The notes beneath the pieces were generated by a model. It saw only the letters and a list, made by a program, of their open reading frames with translations, was not told the DNA's origin and did not search any database. From contig NC_135884.1 in NCBI RefSeq assembly GCF_964194155.1, forward strand, positions 64,418,001-64,482,000: a stretch of 64,000 nucleotides of DNA. The letters are read 5' to 3'. A program made the translations under genes and the position numbers. The stretch comes from Cetorhinus maximus. Lineage: Eukaryota. Position 1 is the stretch's first letter; each line of letters opens with the position of its first letter. Of this stretch, positions 23,680 through 35,683 are shown piece by piece.

Positions 23680-23816
23680 TAAAAGCAAAATACTGCGGAT
23701 CCTGGAGATCTGAAATTAAAGCAGAAAATGCTGGTAAAATTCAGCAGGTCTGACAGCATCTGTGGAGAGAGAAACAGAGTTAATGTTTCGAGTCCATATG
23801 ACTCTTCTTCAGAGTT
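23680..23816 (-). mobile_element. Penelope tail fragment with an intact hammerhead core
   Basis: Minus strand reads CTGAAGA-A-GAGTC-ATATG-GACTC-GAAACATTAACTC (about 23812-23777), followed by the conserved GATGCTG.CAGACCTGCTGA tail. Confidence 0.8.
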
Positions 23817-23825
23817 AAACACCTG

Positions 23826-24202
23826 AAGAAGGAGTGAAGGAGTGTCAATATTGGTGAAGGAGGAGTGACAATATCAATGAAGGAGGAATGGCAATATTGT
23901 GAAGGAGGAGTGACAATAATGGTGAAGTAGGAATGACAATATCGTGAAGGAGGAGTGACAATATTGGTGAAGGAGGAGTGACAATATCGTGAAGGAGGAG
24001 TGACAATATCGTGAAGGAGGAGTGACAATATTGGTGAAGGAGGAGTGACAATATTGGTGAAGGAGGAGTGACATTATCGTGAAGAAGGAGTGACAATAAT
24101 GGTGAAGGAGGAGTGACAATATCGTGAAGGAGGAGTGACAATATTGGTGAAGGAGGAGTGACAATATTGGTGAAGGAGGAGAGGAAATATCAGTGAAGGA
24201 GG
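23826..24202 (+). repeat. Minisatellite, 22-23-bp unit (GTGAAGGAGGAGTGACAATAT[TG/C])
   Basis: About 16 tandem copies. Confidence 0.92.
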
Positions 24203-24824
24203 AAACACCTGCTGTACAGCGGATTTATGAACACAATAAGGAAATTTTGACTCACTCATTATGATTAGCATTCAAGGATACAAAGAAGATTTTTACAAAA
24301 GTGGTATAAGGCTGAAACATCATCCCAGTGACTTAAAACAACAGCTTCTAAGATGGCCAGACATTTATATGACTGTACCTCACAAATTCCAAAACCATTA
24401 AACTGGAAACAGTCTGTCTATAAAACGCTGTCAGAGATAATCACCTTGAAGGAGTGTAAATGGGCCATCTGCTAATCCATTCACAAAGTATCCAGACAAT
24501 CAGCTGTGTACTCCATTGGGTGGGTACTAAGCATTAGACATAATCACTTTGGACAATGAACGCTGGCTGAGAAAGGAACTCATCCAGCCATAATCCAGGC
24601 ATGTAAAGCATGGGCCTGCAATCAACTAGCTATGACCATGTTTGGGTAGCTGGTCAGATGGTAAGAGGGGAATCATGTGTTTAGTCAACTAACCTTATTC
24701 CATTTTTAAGAAACTGCTTTTCACCATGACACAAGAAGTGGAAGATATACCAAAAAAGCAGGACTCCTGAGTGGCGTTCTCTTTCACTTTCTCTCTATCT
24801 CTCTCCACCCTTCCTCTTGAACTC

Positions 24825-25770
24825 CTCAGTCCATCTGGTGTAGGTACATTTACAGTACTGCTGAGATGGGAGTTCCAGGATTTTGGCACAGCAACAGTGA
24901 AGGAATGGTGATATAGTTCCACGTCCAGGTGGCGTGTGGCTTGGAGAGGAACATGCATATGGTGGTGTTGCCATGCATCTGCTGCCCTTGTCCTTCTAAG
25001 TGGTAGAGGTCACGGGTTTGGAACGTGCTGCTAAAGGAGCTTTGGTGAATTTCTGCAGTACATCTTCTACATGGTACACACTGCAGCCAGTGTGCATTGG
25101 TGGTGAAGGGAATGAATGTTTAAGTTGGTGGATAGGGTACTGATGAAGGAGGCTGCATTGTCCGGGATAGTGTTGAGCTTTTTGTGTGCTGTTGGAACCA
25201 CCCTCATCCAGGCAAGGGCAGAGTATTCCATCACACCCCTGACTTGTGTGAACAGGCTTTCGGGAATCAGGAAGTGAGTTACTCTCCACTGAAGTTCCCA
25301 CCTCTGATCTGCTCTTACAGCCATAGTATTTATATGACTGGTCCAGTTCAGTTTATGGTCAATGGTAAAGGATGTTGATAATAGGGGATTCAATGAGGCT
25401 AATGCCATTGAATGTCAAGGAGAAATGATTAGATTCCCTCTCCTGTCGGAGATGATCATTGCCTGGCACTTGTGCGGTGTGAATGTAACTTGCCACTTAT
25501 CCGCCCAACCCTGGATATTGTTCAGGTCTTGCTGCATATTGACACTGGGACTGAGATGATTGATCTCCAACAACCACAGCCATCTTCCTTTGTGCTAGGT
25601 ATGACTCCAACCAGCGGAGAGTTTGTCTCCTGATTCCCGTTGACCTCAATTTTGCCAGAGTTCCTTGATGCCATACTTGGTCAAATATCGCCTTGATGTC
25701 AAAGGCAGTCATTCTCACCTCCCCTCTTGAGCTGAGCTCTTTTGTTCATGTCTGGACCAAGGCTGAGGAA
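24825..25770 (-). mobile_element. Family A LINE fragment, older copy
   Basis: DIKAIFDQVWHQG, RWLESYLAQRKM and VMEYSALAW. Confidence 0.85.
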
Positions 25771-26719
25771 GGAGCATTGATTAGTTATGAGTAACAAAAT
25801 CAATTAGGTAAATGAGTTAACTGCAGGTGAACACTTCAGGAGTAGTGACCATGATATGATTATGTTTGAGATGGACTAGAAAGGAAAAATATTTAGTACA
25901 AGTACATGAGTGTCAGATTGGAATAGGGCAGCATTTAGACAGATGAAGATTGAGCTAACTGCTGTTGAGGTGAAAAGAAAAATTGACAGACAGGCTTGCA
26001 GGTCAGCAACAGAATATTTTTTTAAAAAGGAGATTTCAAAGTTGTAGAAGAATGTACACTTAAAAAAAAAAGACTACCTCAAGCTTCAAAATGCCAAGAA
26101 TAAAGCAGTTGAAAACCAACATAAACTGAAGAAGAAGGTATTTGGTTTCATAAAAATAAGAGAAAATATGAAAAAAAATCAAGGAAAGGGGTTAAAAAGA
26201 CAAGGAGAGAGTATGAAGAGAGAACCTATAAAATATTAAAAAGATCAGTAAATTATTTTACCAATATACCAATAAGCATACAATTGTTAAATTTGAGGTA
26301 GGGCCCCTGAGAGGAGAGGATTGTGAGTGAATAGAATATAATTAGAAGTTAGAGAGAGAAAGACAGCCAAGTACAGACATTGGAAATGAAGACCCAACAG
26401 CCTCATCTTGACAACAAGTGAGGGAGGGTAAAAGAGAAGAGGAAGGAGAAAGATCATATGGGTGGATAACATTGAAGTGTGAACTGAGAGAGACTTAAAG
26501 AAAACCAGAGAAGAAGCAAGATGATGCCAACAGCCCCCACTAACACTATGGTGATTACAAACAAACGAGTTGGAAATGAGCAATGATACTTACTAAATAC
26601 TTTGCTTCAGTGTTTACAAAACTGAATGATATTGGGGAGGAGATAAATCCTGAACTGGTTACATGCTAGATGAAAGAATAAGTGCAAGGATAATATTGGC
26701 AAAGTTAAGCTAAGGTTAG

Positions 26720-28335
26720 GCATCCATCTGTCACGGGAGATGATGGACTACGCCCAGGGTGTGTGTCACTTTTGTATTTAACATCATCTGGTGTGGCCGA
26801 TTCATGAGTGGCAGTCCCTTCCACAGCTGGCACAGGTGAATGGCGTTGGCCTGAGGTCAACTGACATTTTTTTCTTTCCGTCGTGCTCTCTTTTCTGCTA
26901 TCTGGTCACTTCTTTTGTCTCTGCTTTTCCCATTCCTTTCCTGACTGCTTGTTTGCCGGCACTCCAGTCAGCAGCGAGAACTTCCCATGCACCAACTCTG
27001 ATTCTGATTAACTTGAACTCTCACTTGCAGACATCCGTGTATCGCAGATATGGGTGACCTGTTGGTCTCATGCCGATAGCAAGCTCGCCATAGAGCATGT
27101 CTTTGGGGATGTGGCCATCATCCATTCGGCTCACATGAACAGCCAATGGAGTCATCACTGACTCAAGAGAGCAAGCATGCTGGGGATCCCTACACACTGG
27201 TGTACTTCCATATTGAGCACACTGTCCTGCCAGAAGATGCCCAATGATCGCCTGAGGCAGTAGAGTTGGAAGCTGTTCAGCTGCTTTTCTTGGCTTGCAT
27301 AAGTTGTCCATGCCTCGCTACTGTAAAGGAGGTGCTGTGAACACAAGCCTACTACGCACGATCATTTTTGGTTAGTTTGCTTTTGGCCCATACTTGACTT
27401 CTCAACTTTGACATGACAGTTGCAGCCTTGGCAACCTTGGTGCTGATTTCAGCACCAAGGGACAGGTATTTGTTGATCCAAGGTATGTGAAGCTGTTGCC
27501 AGCCTCCAGAGTGAGGTTGTCAATGTTGATGGAAGGTGGAGTCTCCACGTCCTTGCCCATAACTTTGGTCTTCATGATACTGATTGTCAGCTCCTTGTCG
27601 GCCCGGGAGAGCTGATCTACAAGCTGTTCCAAGTGAACTTCAGTATGGGATGCCAGCGAGGTGTCATCAGCAAACAGCAGCTCATGGACTAGAACATTGC
27701 ACAGTTTGGTCTTGGTGCGCAGTCTTGCCGAGTTGAACAGCTTGCCATCAGCTCTGGCATGCAAGTAGACACCCACATTTGTGTTGCTGAAAGCGAACAA
27801 TAGCAGCATGGAAAAAAATATGCCAAAAAGAGTTGGTGCCAGGATGCAGCCTTGCTTTACCCCGCTGCTGATCTTGAAAGTGTCCGATGTTGTTCCACTG
27901 TGACTGACAAAACTGCATGTCCTTGTGGAAAGAAGAAATACTGCCCAGGAGACCAGGCAGGCAGCCTATTTTCCACAGCAGTTTAAAGCCTCCGTCTCTG
28001 CTGATAAGGTCAAAGGCCTTGGTGAGGTCTGTAAAAGCAATGTGGAATGGTCTGCACTGTTCGCGGCGCTTCTCTTGTAGCTGCTGCAGTGAGAAAGTCA
28101 TGTCAATTGTCAGTCTGCCAGCTCTGAAGCTGCACTGAGACTCAGGGTAGATGCATGATGCCAGGGTCTGCAAATTGGTCAGAACAACGTGAGCAAAGAC
28201 CTTCCCCACAATACTTAACACTGAGACGCCTCGGTAATTGTTGCAGTCACTGCAATCCCCTTTGTTTTTGTACAAGAGGGCTATTTTTGTGTTACACATG
28301 TCTTGGGGCACAAATCTTTCCTTCCCGCAGAAACA
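26720..28335 (-). mobile_element. RTE-clade LINE, degenerate RT and 3' end
   Basis: YKNKGDCSDCNNYRGVSVLSIVGKVFA, DLTKAFDL, ELLFADD and HIPKDMLYGELA. Confidence 0.9.
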
Positions 28336-28362
28336 CAAAAGTTTAAACTAAAGGAAGACAAA

Positions 28363-28475
28363 GGCCGGGATTTTCCGGCCCCGCTCACCTCCAGGATCTT
28401 CTGGTCCCGCTGAAAGTCAATGGGCTTTTGGCTGGCCTGCCACATCCACTGTGGCCTGGCTGGAGAGTCCCAGCC
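28363..28475. mobile_element. MITE-like element with imperfect terminal inverted repeats
   Basis: GGCCGGGATTTTCC ... GGAGAGTCCCAGCC, with AAA on both sides. Confidence 0.6.
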
Positions 28476-31060
28476 AAAGTATTAATCAGATACATTCAAG
28501 GATCCTGAGTGCAAAAGGGGAGGAAACACCAAAGGCCCTAGACATTATGTTTCAGGATTCTATTGAGAGTGGATGTGTATCAAAGGATTGAAGGCTTGCC
28601 AAATTTCTAGATGACATTAAAACAGGAAGAATATTAAATAATTCTGAGAGCCACCAGGAAATATTGATGAGATGGTGGAATGAGCAAAAAAATGGTGCAA
28701 TTCAATATCATCAACTATGAGGGTGCTACTTTTGATTTAAAATAACTAAAAGCTATAATTAAACTTTGAATGGCGGAAAGCTGCACAATATTGAAGAGCA
28801 GAGGGCTTTGGGGATTCAGGTTAAAAGGACAGTAAAAGCAATAATGGCTGAAGCCCTAAAAAAAAGCTAAGTGAGCACAGGGTTCTATAGCAAGAGGTAT
28901 AGAATAAAAAAGTTGAGATCTAATAGTAAATCTAAAACATTTGTAAGATCACAGTTGAGGTACTGTGCAGCTTTGGCCTTCACATTATAGGAATTAATAG
29001 AGGGAATGCAGCAAAGATTCAACAAGATACTATCTACTCTGCGGAAATACAAATACAAAGATTTTTTTTAAATCGAAGCTGCTTTCATTGAAACAATGGA
29101 GATTATAGGGTAATTGATTAGGATTAAAGTGGTAAAGGGATAGAACAGATAGATAGGAACAGTTGGTTTTTGTAGATTGAAGGGTCTAGAAATAGGGGCC
29201 ATAGATATAAGAATAAATGGGAGAGGTTTAGGATGGAGAGTTAGAGAAATTCTTTTACACAGAGGGCTGCGAGGCTGTGGAATGTAGTACCAGAGTCAGA
29301 GATGGAAGCAGAGATTATGTCAGCATTTAAGAGAAGGTTAGCTAGGTAGTTGAAGGAAAAGATGGATAAAGGGATATGGGAACAGAATGGACACATTGGG
29401 ATTTTTCCAAGTGTTCATGTGAAGGATAAACACCAACACAGAATGGTTGGGCCAAAGAGCCTGTTTCTGTTGTACTTTCAATGTCATTCCATGTAATCTA
29501 CTCCACTAGTTCAGCCTCTGATGCTATTGAACAGCCTTGATTGTCACCCTTGTGTCCTGCAAAGCAAAGCAGCACTGAAGCTGGGGATCTGATGAGTGCA
29601 CTGTCTCCAGTAATCTCTCACTAATGTTGTCATTGGATACATGCACAGCAGGTGCATCATAACTGTTAATCCTTCAGTGATGGTCCTGTCACGTTTCAAC
29701 TGCTCGAGCTCACTGGCTGTCAGTGTCTATCAGGACACCAGCTTGCCTGCTACAATAGCCAAGGGTAGTGGAGAATGAGCCTGATGCAATGATCATGTTT
29801 CACAGTACAGGGTCTGTGTTGTCACCCCACCACACCCCTATTTTCAATGAAATTTTTGCTTTGCAATGTTGTGTCCACTAGAAGGCTTGGGGCCTTCTGT
29901 GACCAGTGAGTGTCTCATTAACACCAATAATAATGGTGTGATTTATATTGTGAGCTTGTTTTTGTTTAATTAGATTTTATTTTTAATTATATTTGTGGTA
30001 CCTGCTCAGTTTGAGGGAGAGCTTGTGCGGTTGCCTTTCTGTTTTCCCTCTCTCTAACCTCCTCCATCCCTACAACCCTCTTGAACTTTTCATTCCTCCA
30101 GCTATAGCCTCATGTCTAGCGCCCACTTCCTTCACCCCTCCGCTGGCAGCCATGCCTTCAGCTATCTGGGCCCAAAACTCTGGATTTTCCTTATTAAACC
30201 TCTGCCTCTCTTTGCTCCTTAAAATTTACCTCTATGGCCAAGTTTTTAGTCACCTGCCCTATTGTCTCCTTCATTGGTTCTGTCAAGCTCTATGGGACAT
30301 TTTACTATATTAAAGACACTAGGTGAGCTGAATTTTATCGGGATGGCAGGAGTCCTGACGATGAGCCAGAAAGACGGGTGCAACCCTGCCTTTAGGGGAT
30401 CCCCTTTAGGGGCTGCCTTTTCAGTCCATCCAGCAACTAATATGTGACCATCACGATTCCTGCACCTTAAAATGAGGGGAGCTCGCCCCCAAGAGCTGCT
30501 GCCTGATCGAAGGGCTGGCAGCTCTTCAGTCTCAGGAGCGCCACCCAGGATTGGTGGTCACTACTGGGACTTCACTCATCTAGAGGAAGCAGTGATGCAC
30601 ACCACCCTTGCAACAAGTTGAGTGGGTTCAGAAGTCACCGGGACCACTCAGGCAGACCCTGACAAGGTTGGATGGAAGGAATTGGTGAAGGTGGGGGTGG
30701 GGTTGGTGTTGCTGTGAGGGCGGCTATTGCTACTGAGGGTGAGTGGAGTGGTTCTGTCTCAAGCCAGAGAGTAACTGATTTAGAGGGCACCCTCCCAAGG
30801 CCACGGGGAGGCTGCCAGGGTTCACCAAGGAGTCTCCCCACACAGTGGAAGGCCCACCCACCCATGGTAAAATACCAGTGGCGGCAGGAAGAGACCCTGA
30901 ATTGGCCATTTAAGTAACACAATTGGCCTCTGGTCAGGAGCACCATCCTCCACCTTCCCCGAGACTGGTAACACCATGGCAGCAAGAAAGCAATAGCCAC
31001 TCCTGCCTTCCCTCCATTTTACAAGCATTTTACATGCATGGGCTAACACCAAACTGACAC

Positions 31061-32205
31061 TTTTTATTCGTTCATGGGATGTGGGTGCCGCTGGCTAGGC
31101 CAGCATTTATTGCCCATCCCTAATTGCCCCTGAAAAGGTGGTGGTGAGCTGCCTTCTTGAACCACTGCAGTCCATGTGATGTAGGAACACCCACAATGCT
31201 GTTAGGGAGGGAGTTCCAGGATTTTGACCCAGTTACAGTGAAGGAACAGTGATATAGTTCCAAGTCAGGATGGTGAGCGGCTTGGAGGGGAACTTCCAGG
31301 TGGTGGTATTTCCATGTATCTGCTGCCCTTGTCCTTCTAGATGGTAGTGGTTGTAGGTTTGGAACGTGCTGCCAAAGGAGCCTTGGTGAGTTCCTGCAGT
31401 ACACCTTGTAGATGGTACACACTGCTGCCACTGTGTGTTGGTGTTGGAGGGAGTGAATGTTTGTGGATGGGGTGCCAATTAGGTGGGCTGCTTTGTCCTG
31501 GATGATGTCAAGCTTCTTGAGTGTTGCTGAGGCTGCACTCTTCCAGGTAAGTGGAGAATATTTCATCACACTCCTGACTTGTGCCTTGTAGATGGTGGAC
31601 AGGCGTTGGAGAGTCAGGAGGTGAGTTACTCATCTCACGATTCCTAGCCTCTGACCTGCTTTTGTAGCCACAGTATTTATATGGCTAGTCCAGTTCAGTT
31701 TCTGGTTAATGGTAACCCCCAGGATGTTGATAGTAGTGGAATCAACGATGATAATGCCATTGAATGTCAGGGGGCGATGGTTAGATTCTCTCTTGTTGGA
31801 GATAGCAATTGCCTGGCACTTGTGTCGTGGGAATGTTACTTGCTACTTGTCAGCCCAAGCTTGGATATTGTCCAGATCTTGCTGCATTCGGGCATGGACT
31901 GCTTCAGCATCTGAGGAGTCACGAATGGTGCTGAACATTGTGCAATCATCAGTGAACATCCCCACTTCTGACCTCATTGATGAAGCAGCTGAAGATGGTT
32001 GGGCCTAGGACACTACCCTGAGGAACTCCTGCAGTGATGTCCCGAGCTGAGATGACTGACCTCCAACAACCACAACCATCTTCCTTTGTGCTAGGTATGA
32101 CTCCAACCAGTGGAGATTTTTTCCCCCTGATTCCTATTGACTCCTTGATGCCACACTCGATCAAATGCTGCTTTGATGTCAAGGGCAGTCACTCTCACCT
32201 CACTT
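31061..32205 (-). mobile_element. Family A LINE fragment
   Basis: GVPQGSVLGPTIFSCFIN and the family tail. Confidence 0.9.
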
Positions 32206-32214
32206 AGGACCAAG

Positions 32215-34030
32215 CTGATGGTTTATTAGGCCTGTGTTCTCAGCACCTTATTGTATGGCTGTGACTTACATGGACGTCTTACAGCTATCAGGAAAAGAAA
32301 CTCATCAATCTCCATCTTTGCTGTCTGGAAGGACAAAGTCGTGAATGCAGCAGTCCTTTCAAGGGCAGAGCTCCCAAGTCTTCTTATCGTGTTCACAGAC
32401 AATCTATACATGGCCCAGCCAGAACTGGACACATTTTTGTGCCTTGTTGTTGAATTCGGCAAGATCTGCAACAGTGCAGGGTTCCTCTAGCGATAGACAT
32501 TGCAGGAGATGTTGCATAGTCTGTGGCTCAGTTCCACATTCACAAGTTGTCGGGCTGGTTGTATATCCCCATTTGCTCAGTGACACCTTTGAACGACCTA
32601 CACCAGTCCTAAGTCTGTTAAGGCACTTCCAGGTTGCCCAGTTGCAATTAACTCCTGGGGGAAGGCTTTCATCTGGTAGAATTTCCATCGCTGGGGGTTG
32701 TTCAAGACTGGCGAGCCGGTCTTTCCACAAGGCAATGTGGGCTTCAGATGGGGTTGATTGTAATGGAACAACACTGTTCATGAAGCTCTTCCTTGACTTT
32801 AGGCAGCTGGGTGTAGGTAAATAACCATGTAGAGGGTGCCTCTCATCTGCTGTTTGACGGAGTCGCTCTTTCTTGCTGGCTACCGTTCTTCTTATATCAG
32901 GGGGAGCGATACCCGCTAGGATATATAGGCTGTTGGTGTTTGTTGGTTTTAAATAACCTGTGATAAGTCGGCAGCTTGCATTCAGAATGGCATCCATCTT
33001 CTTAGCATGAGTAGATCTTTCCCATGCAGGGCAGGCGTATTTGGCAGTGGAATAGCAAAGAGCAAGTGCACTGGTTCGCAATGTTTTCGAGTTTGCTCCC
33101 CATTTTGTGTTAATGAGCTTATTCAGGATGTTGTTTCGTGCGCTCACTTTTGCCTTTGTCTTTTCGATGTGGTTCTTGAAGGTGAGGCATCTGTCAAGGG
33201 TGACTCCTAAGGAGATAGGGTGCTCGCAATGCATCAGTGTTGCTCCACACCAGGTTACTTTAAGCTGGCATTTGGCTTCACGGTTTCTTAGGTGGAATGC
33301 ACAAACTTGTGTCTTTGATGGGTTTGCGTGATGGGTGTCTTTGATGGGTTTGCCCCCAAGTGCAATGGCCCAAACAAAGACAGCTTCAGTGGATCACAGA
33401 GTCACAGAATTGTTAAGGTGCAGGAGGCCATTCAGCCCATCATGTCTGCAGCAGCTCTCTGAATGAGCTTTATGACTCAGTGCCATTCTCCCACCTTTTT
33501 CCCGTAACCCTGTGCATTGTTTATATTCAAACAATCATCCAATGCCCTCTGGAATGCCTCAATTGAACCTGCCTCCACTACACTTCCAGGCAGTGCATTG
33601 CAGAGCTGAACTACTCGCTGGATCAGGCACGTCTGCAGGATGGAAGATGGCCTTATACCCAAGGAACTTCTGTAACGTGAGGTAGCTGGAGCCAGATGAC
33701 CAGTGAGGGTGCCCAAAGATCCACTTCAAGGATGTTTGCAAGTGTGACATTAAGGCCTTAAACATCCACTATCGCACCTGGGAGTCACTAGCTGGCAAAA
33801 GAGGGAAATGACGACACCTCCTGTGGGCCAGTGTGCGCCACCACCACGACCAGTGGCAACATCAGCTTGGCAACAGGCACTGATGCCAAAAACAACAACT
33901 CAAGGTCATGTAGCAGCTTCATGTGTGGCACTTGCCTTTGAATGATTGATCTTCACAGCCATCAGTAAAGGTGTATCCCCCAGCTAAATAGATTTTGCTG
34001 CATATCCATCGTCTCCCGTAGGGACACCAA
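32215..34030 (+). mobile_element. Old RTE 3' fragment hosting a Vingi element and a CR1 tail
   Basis: WKDKVVNAAVLSRAELPS and GGATGGAAGATGG...CCCAAGGAACTTCTGTA landmarks. The CR1 tail (33397-33618) is flanked by TGGATCA (33390-33396 and 33619-33625). Confidence 0.7.
32380..33354 (-). mobile_element. Vingi/Ingi-like non-LTR element, 3' portion with an open 276-aa frame
   Basis: LGVTLDRCLTF, KWGA, LRTSALALCYSTAKYACPAW, LAGIAPPDIRR, LNRLRTG and a CECG..QTMQHLLQC knuckle. Flanking 7-bp repeat CCCAAGT (32373-32379 and 33355-33361). Confidence 0.8.
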
Positions 34031-34489
34031 CAGCCCGTCCCTAGGGGGCTGGTGAAATCCGTCCCTATAAACGCATAAAACCAGTGCCATTCCTATTGTT
34101 TTATATAAAATGGACAAAATATCCTGGGCATCTGTAATACTGTATCTTATCTCTGCTGATAATGTGGGGATCGCATGCAATAACTGCATAAAGTCTTTAG
34201 TCAACGGTCTTTCTTCCCTACATGTAGGTGTGAGTTACCATCTTCTTATTGCCATCAGACGATAAAGTATAGCCCAGAATAATGGGCAGTAAAACACTGG
34301 GATGCTAGCGCCAATCTCAGACCCTTGTGTCTGACATTTCATAACGAACTTGACTCCCAGCCTGAGTTGAACTGGGCTTACAGCCACCCAGGGTTATACT
34401 TTATTTTCATTCACAGGATGTGGGTTTCTCTGGCTAGGCCAGCATTTATTGCCCAACTGTCGTTGCCCTTGAGAAGGTGGTGGTGAGCT

Positions 34490-34777
34490 TTTTTTTTTGT
34501 AAAAATATACTTTATTCATAAAAAATCTTCAATCACATTCAAAACCATTTCAAAAACAACATTACAAGGGTACAATCCAGGTTAAACTTTTACAAAATGT
34601 ATCACCAGGTGCATCAGTACAAACAATATTACAATCATTTACAGCCTTTCATTTTGATCTGTACAGCCCGAGGGGCTCTAAACAGTTCCCAGTCTCTCGG
34701 TGCGCTGTGGTAGAAAGGTCTTAGACAGCGACCCTTCCCCATTGCGCCTTTGCGGCAGCTGCCCCAAGCTTTAGTGC
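34490..34777 (-). mobile_element. Tx1/L1-like 3' retrocopy nested in a family A LINE tail (about 34400-34825)
   Basis: ORF end ALKLGAAAAKAQWGRVAV-stop, AATAAA and poly-A. Flanked by the 11-bp duplication GGTGGTGAGCT (34479-34489 and 34778-34788). Confidence 0.75.
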
Positions 34778-34837
34778 GGTGGTGAGCTGCCTTCTTGAAT
34801 CGCTGCAGTCCATGTGGTGTAGGTTATTTACACTTAC

Positions 34838-35044
34838 AAAAAGTGAGGTTGGGTTTATTAAATACCACATTACAGTCATCACAGCCACTTGATTGTTATT
34901 TTCGTGCTGTCCCTTCAAAGTGGCACTTTTGGGTTTTATTCGGACAGAGGCAACAACATGTCATCCTTCATGGTCCATCAAACCCCAGCGACCAGTGAAA
35001 GGAAACCTCAGGCGGTGCCTTTTCCAGCAATGTTTGGCCCTACT
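34838..35044 (-). other. Candidate exon of a transcript divergent from the RASSF1A promoter
   Basis: Acceptor cctttttttcAG (35046-35045) and donor TTT|gtaagt (34837). An upstream donor TAA|gtaagt at 35137 defines a 93-nt intron. Confidence 0.45.
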
Positions 35045-35279
35045 CTGAAAAAAAGGCTGCATCTGAACATTCTCAGAAGAAATTTCGACACTAGCTCCTC
35101 CCACATTCTTCATCCGCTCGACCAATTTACAACTTACTTAAGGGAGTTCCCCTTTCTTTTCAGTTAAATTACAGACTGCCGTAACTACTGGATGCATTTC
35201 GTACCAATCTGAATTTAAAATTAATTTTACTAAATCGCCCCCTGATGTAAGGCATTTGTGTTTTTAGTTTGAGATACAC

Positions 35280-35683
35280 GATCTGTTCTCTGGGCGGACC
35301 TTTGCGTTGATCTTAAACTGTCCTCGGAGTTAGGGGCGAGTTGAGCATTTATTGGTACTGGGAGAGAAACTGCTGGGATGGGAACGTAACCTTAATCCGG
35401 ACTGACTCCGTCTCTGAACCAGGACTCTTCAACTTGTCTCAATTTAGTTTCTACTCTGGTTCCTGCAGTTTTACCAGCTGGGATTAGTTGCATTTCTTTT
35501 GCCTACGAGACTTTATATATAAAAAAAACTATTTTGTATTTTTCCTTATCTGTGAGATGTTTTGGATAATTTAATTTTAACCCCTCTGACCTCCCATGTC
35601 TTCAGCCTGAGTTTCCCTCGCAATTTAAACTCTCTCCCTCCCTCCTTCTCCCGCCCTGTCACCCTCCTCCCCGTCCCCCCCCA
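35280..35683 (+). promoter_or_regulatory. RASSF1A promoter and 5' UTR region, leading into a CpG-rich first exon
   Basis: GC-box-like GGGCGG (about 35292) and CCCGCCC (about 35650). CpG density is visibly high across 35640-36020 compared with the flanks. Confidence 0.55.

Larger units (their letters stand above)
25771..29490 (+). mobile_element. Ancient CR1 LINE remnants, interrupted by an RTE and a MITE
   Basis: Decayed CR1 landmarks AGTGACCATGAT, TACTTTGCTTCAGTGTTTAC, GAGGTACTGTG, TTTTACACAGAGGG and a GGTTGGGCCAAAGAGCCTGTTTCTG tail. Confidence 0.7.

Noticed and set aside
23780-24271. His/Leu-rich ORFs
   Set aside because: They are translations of the 22-23-bp minisatellite.
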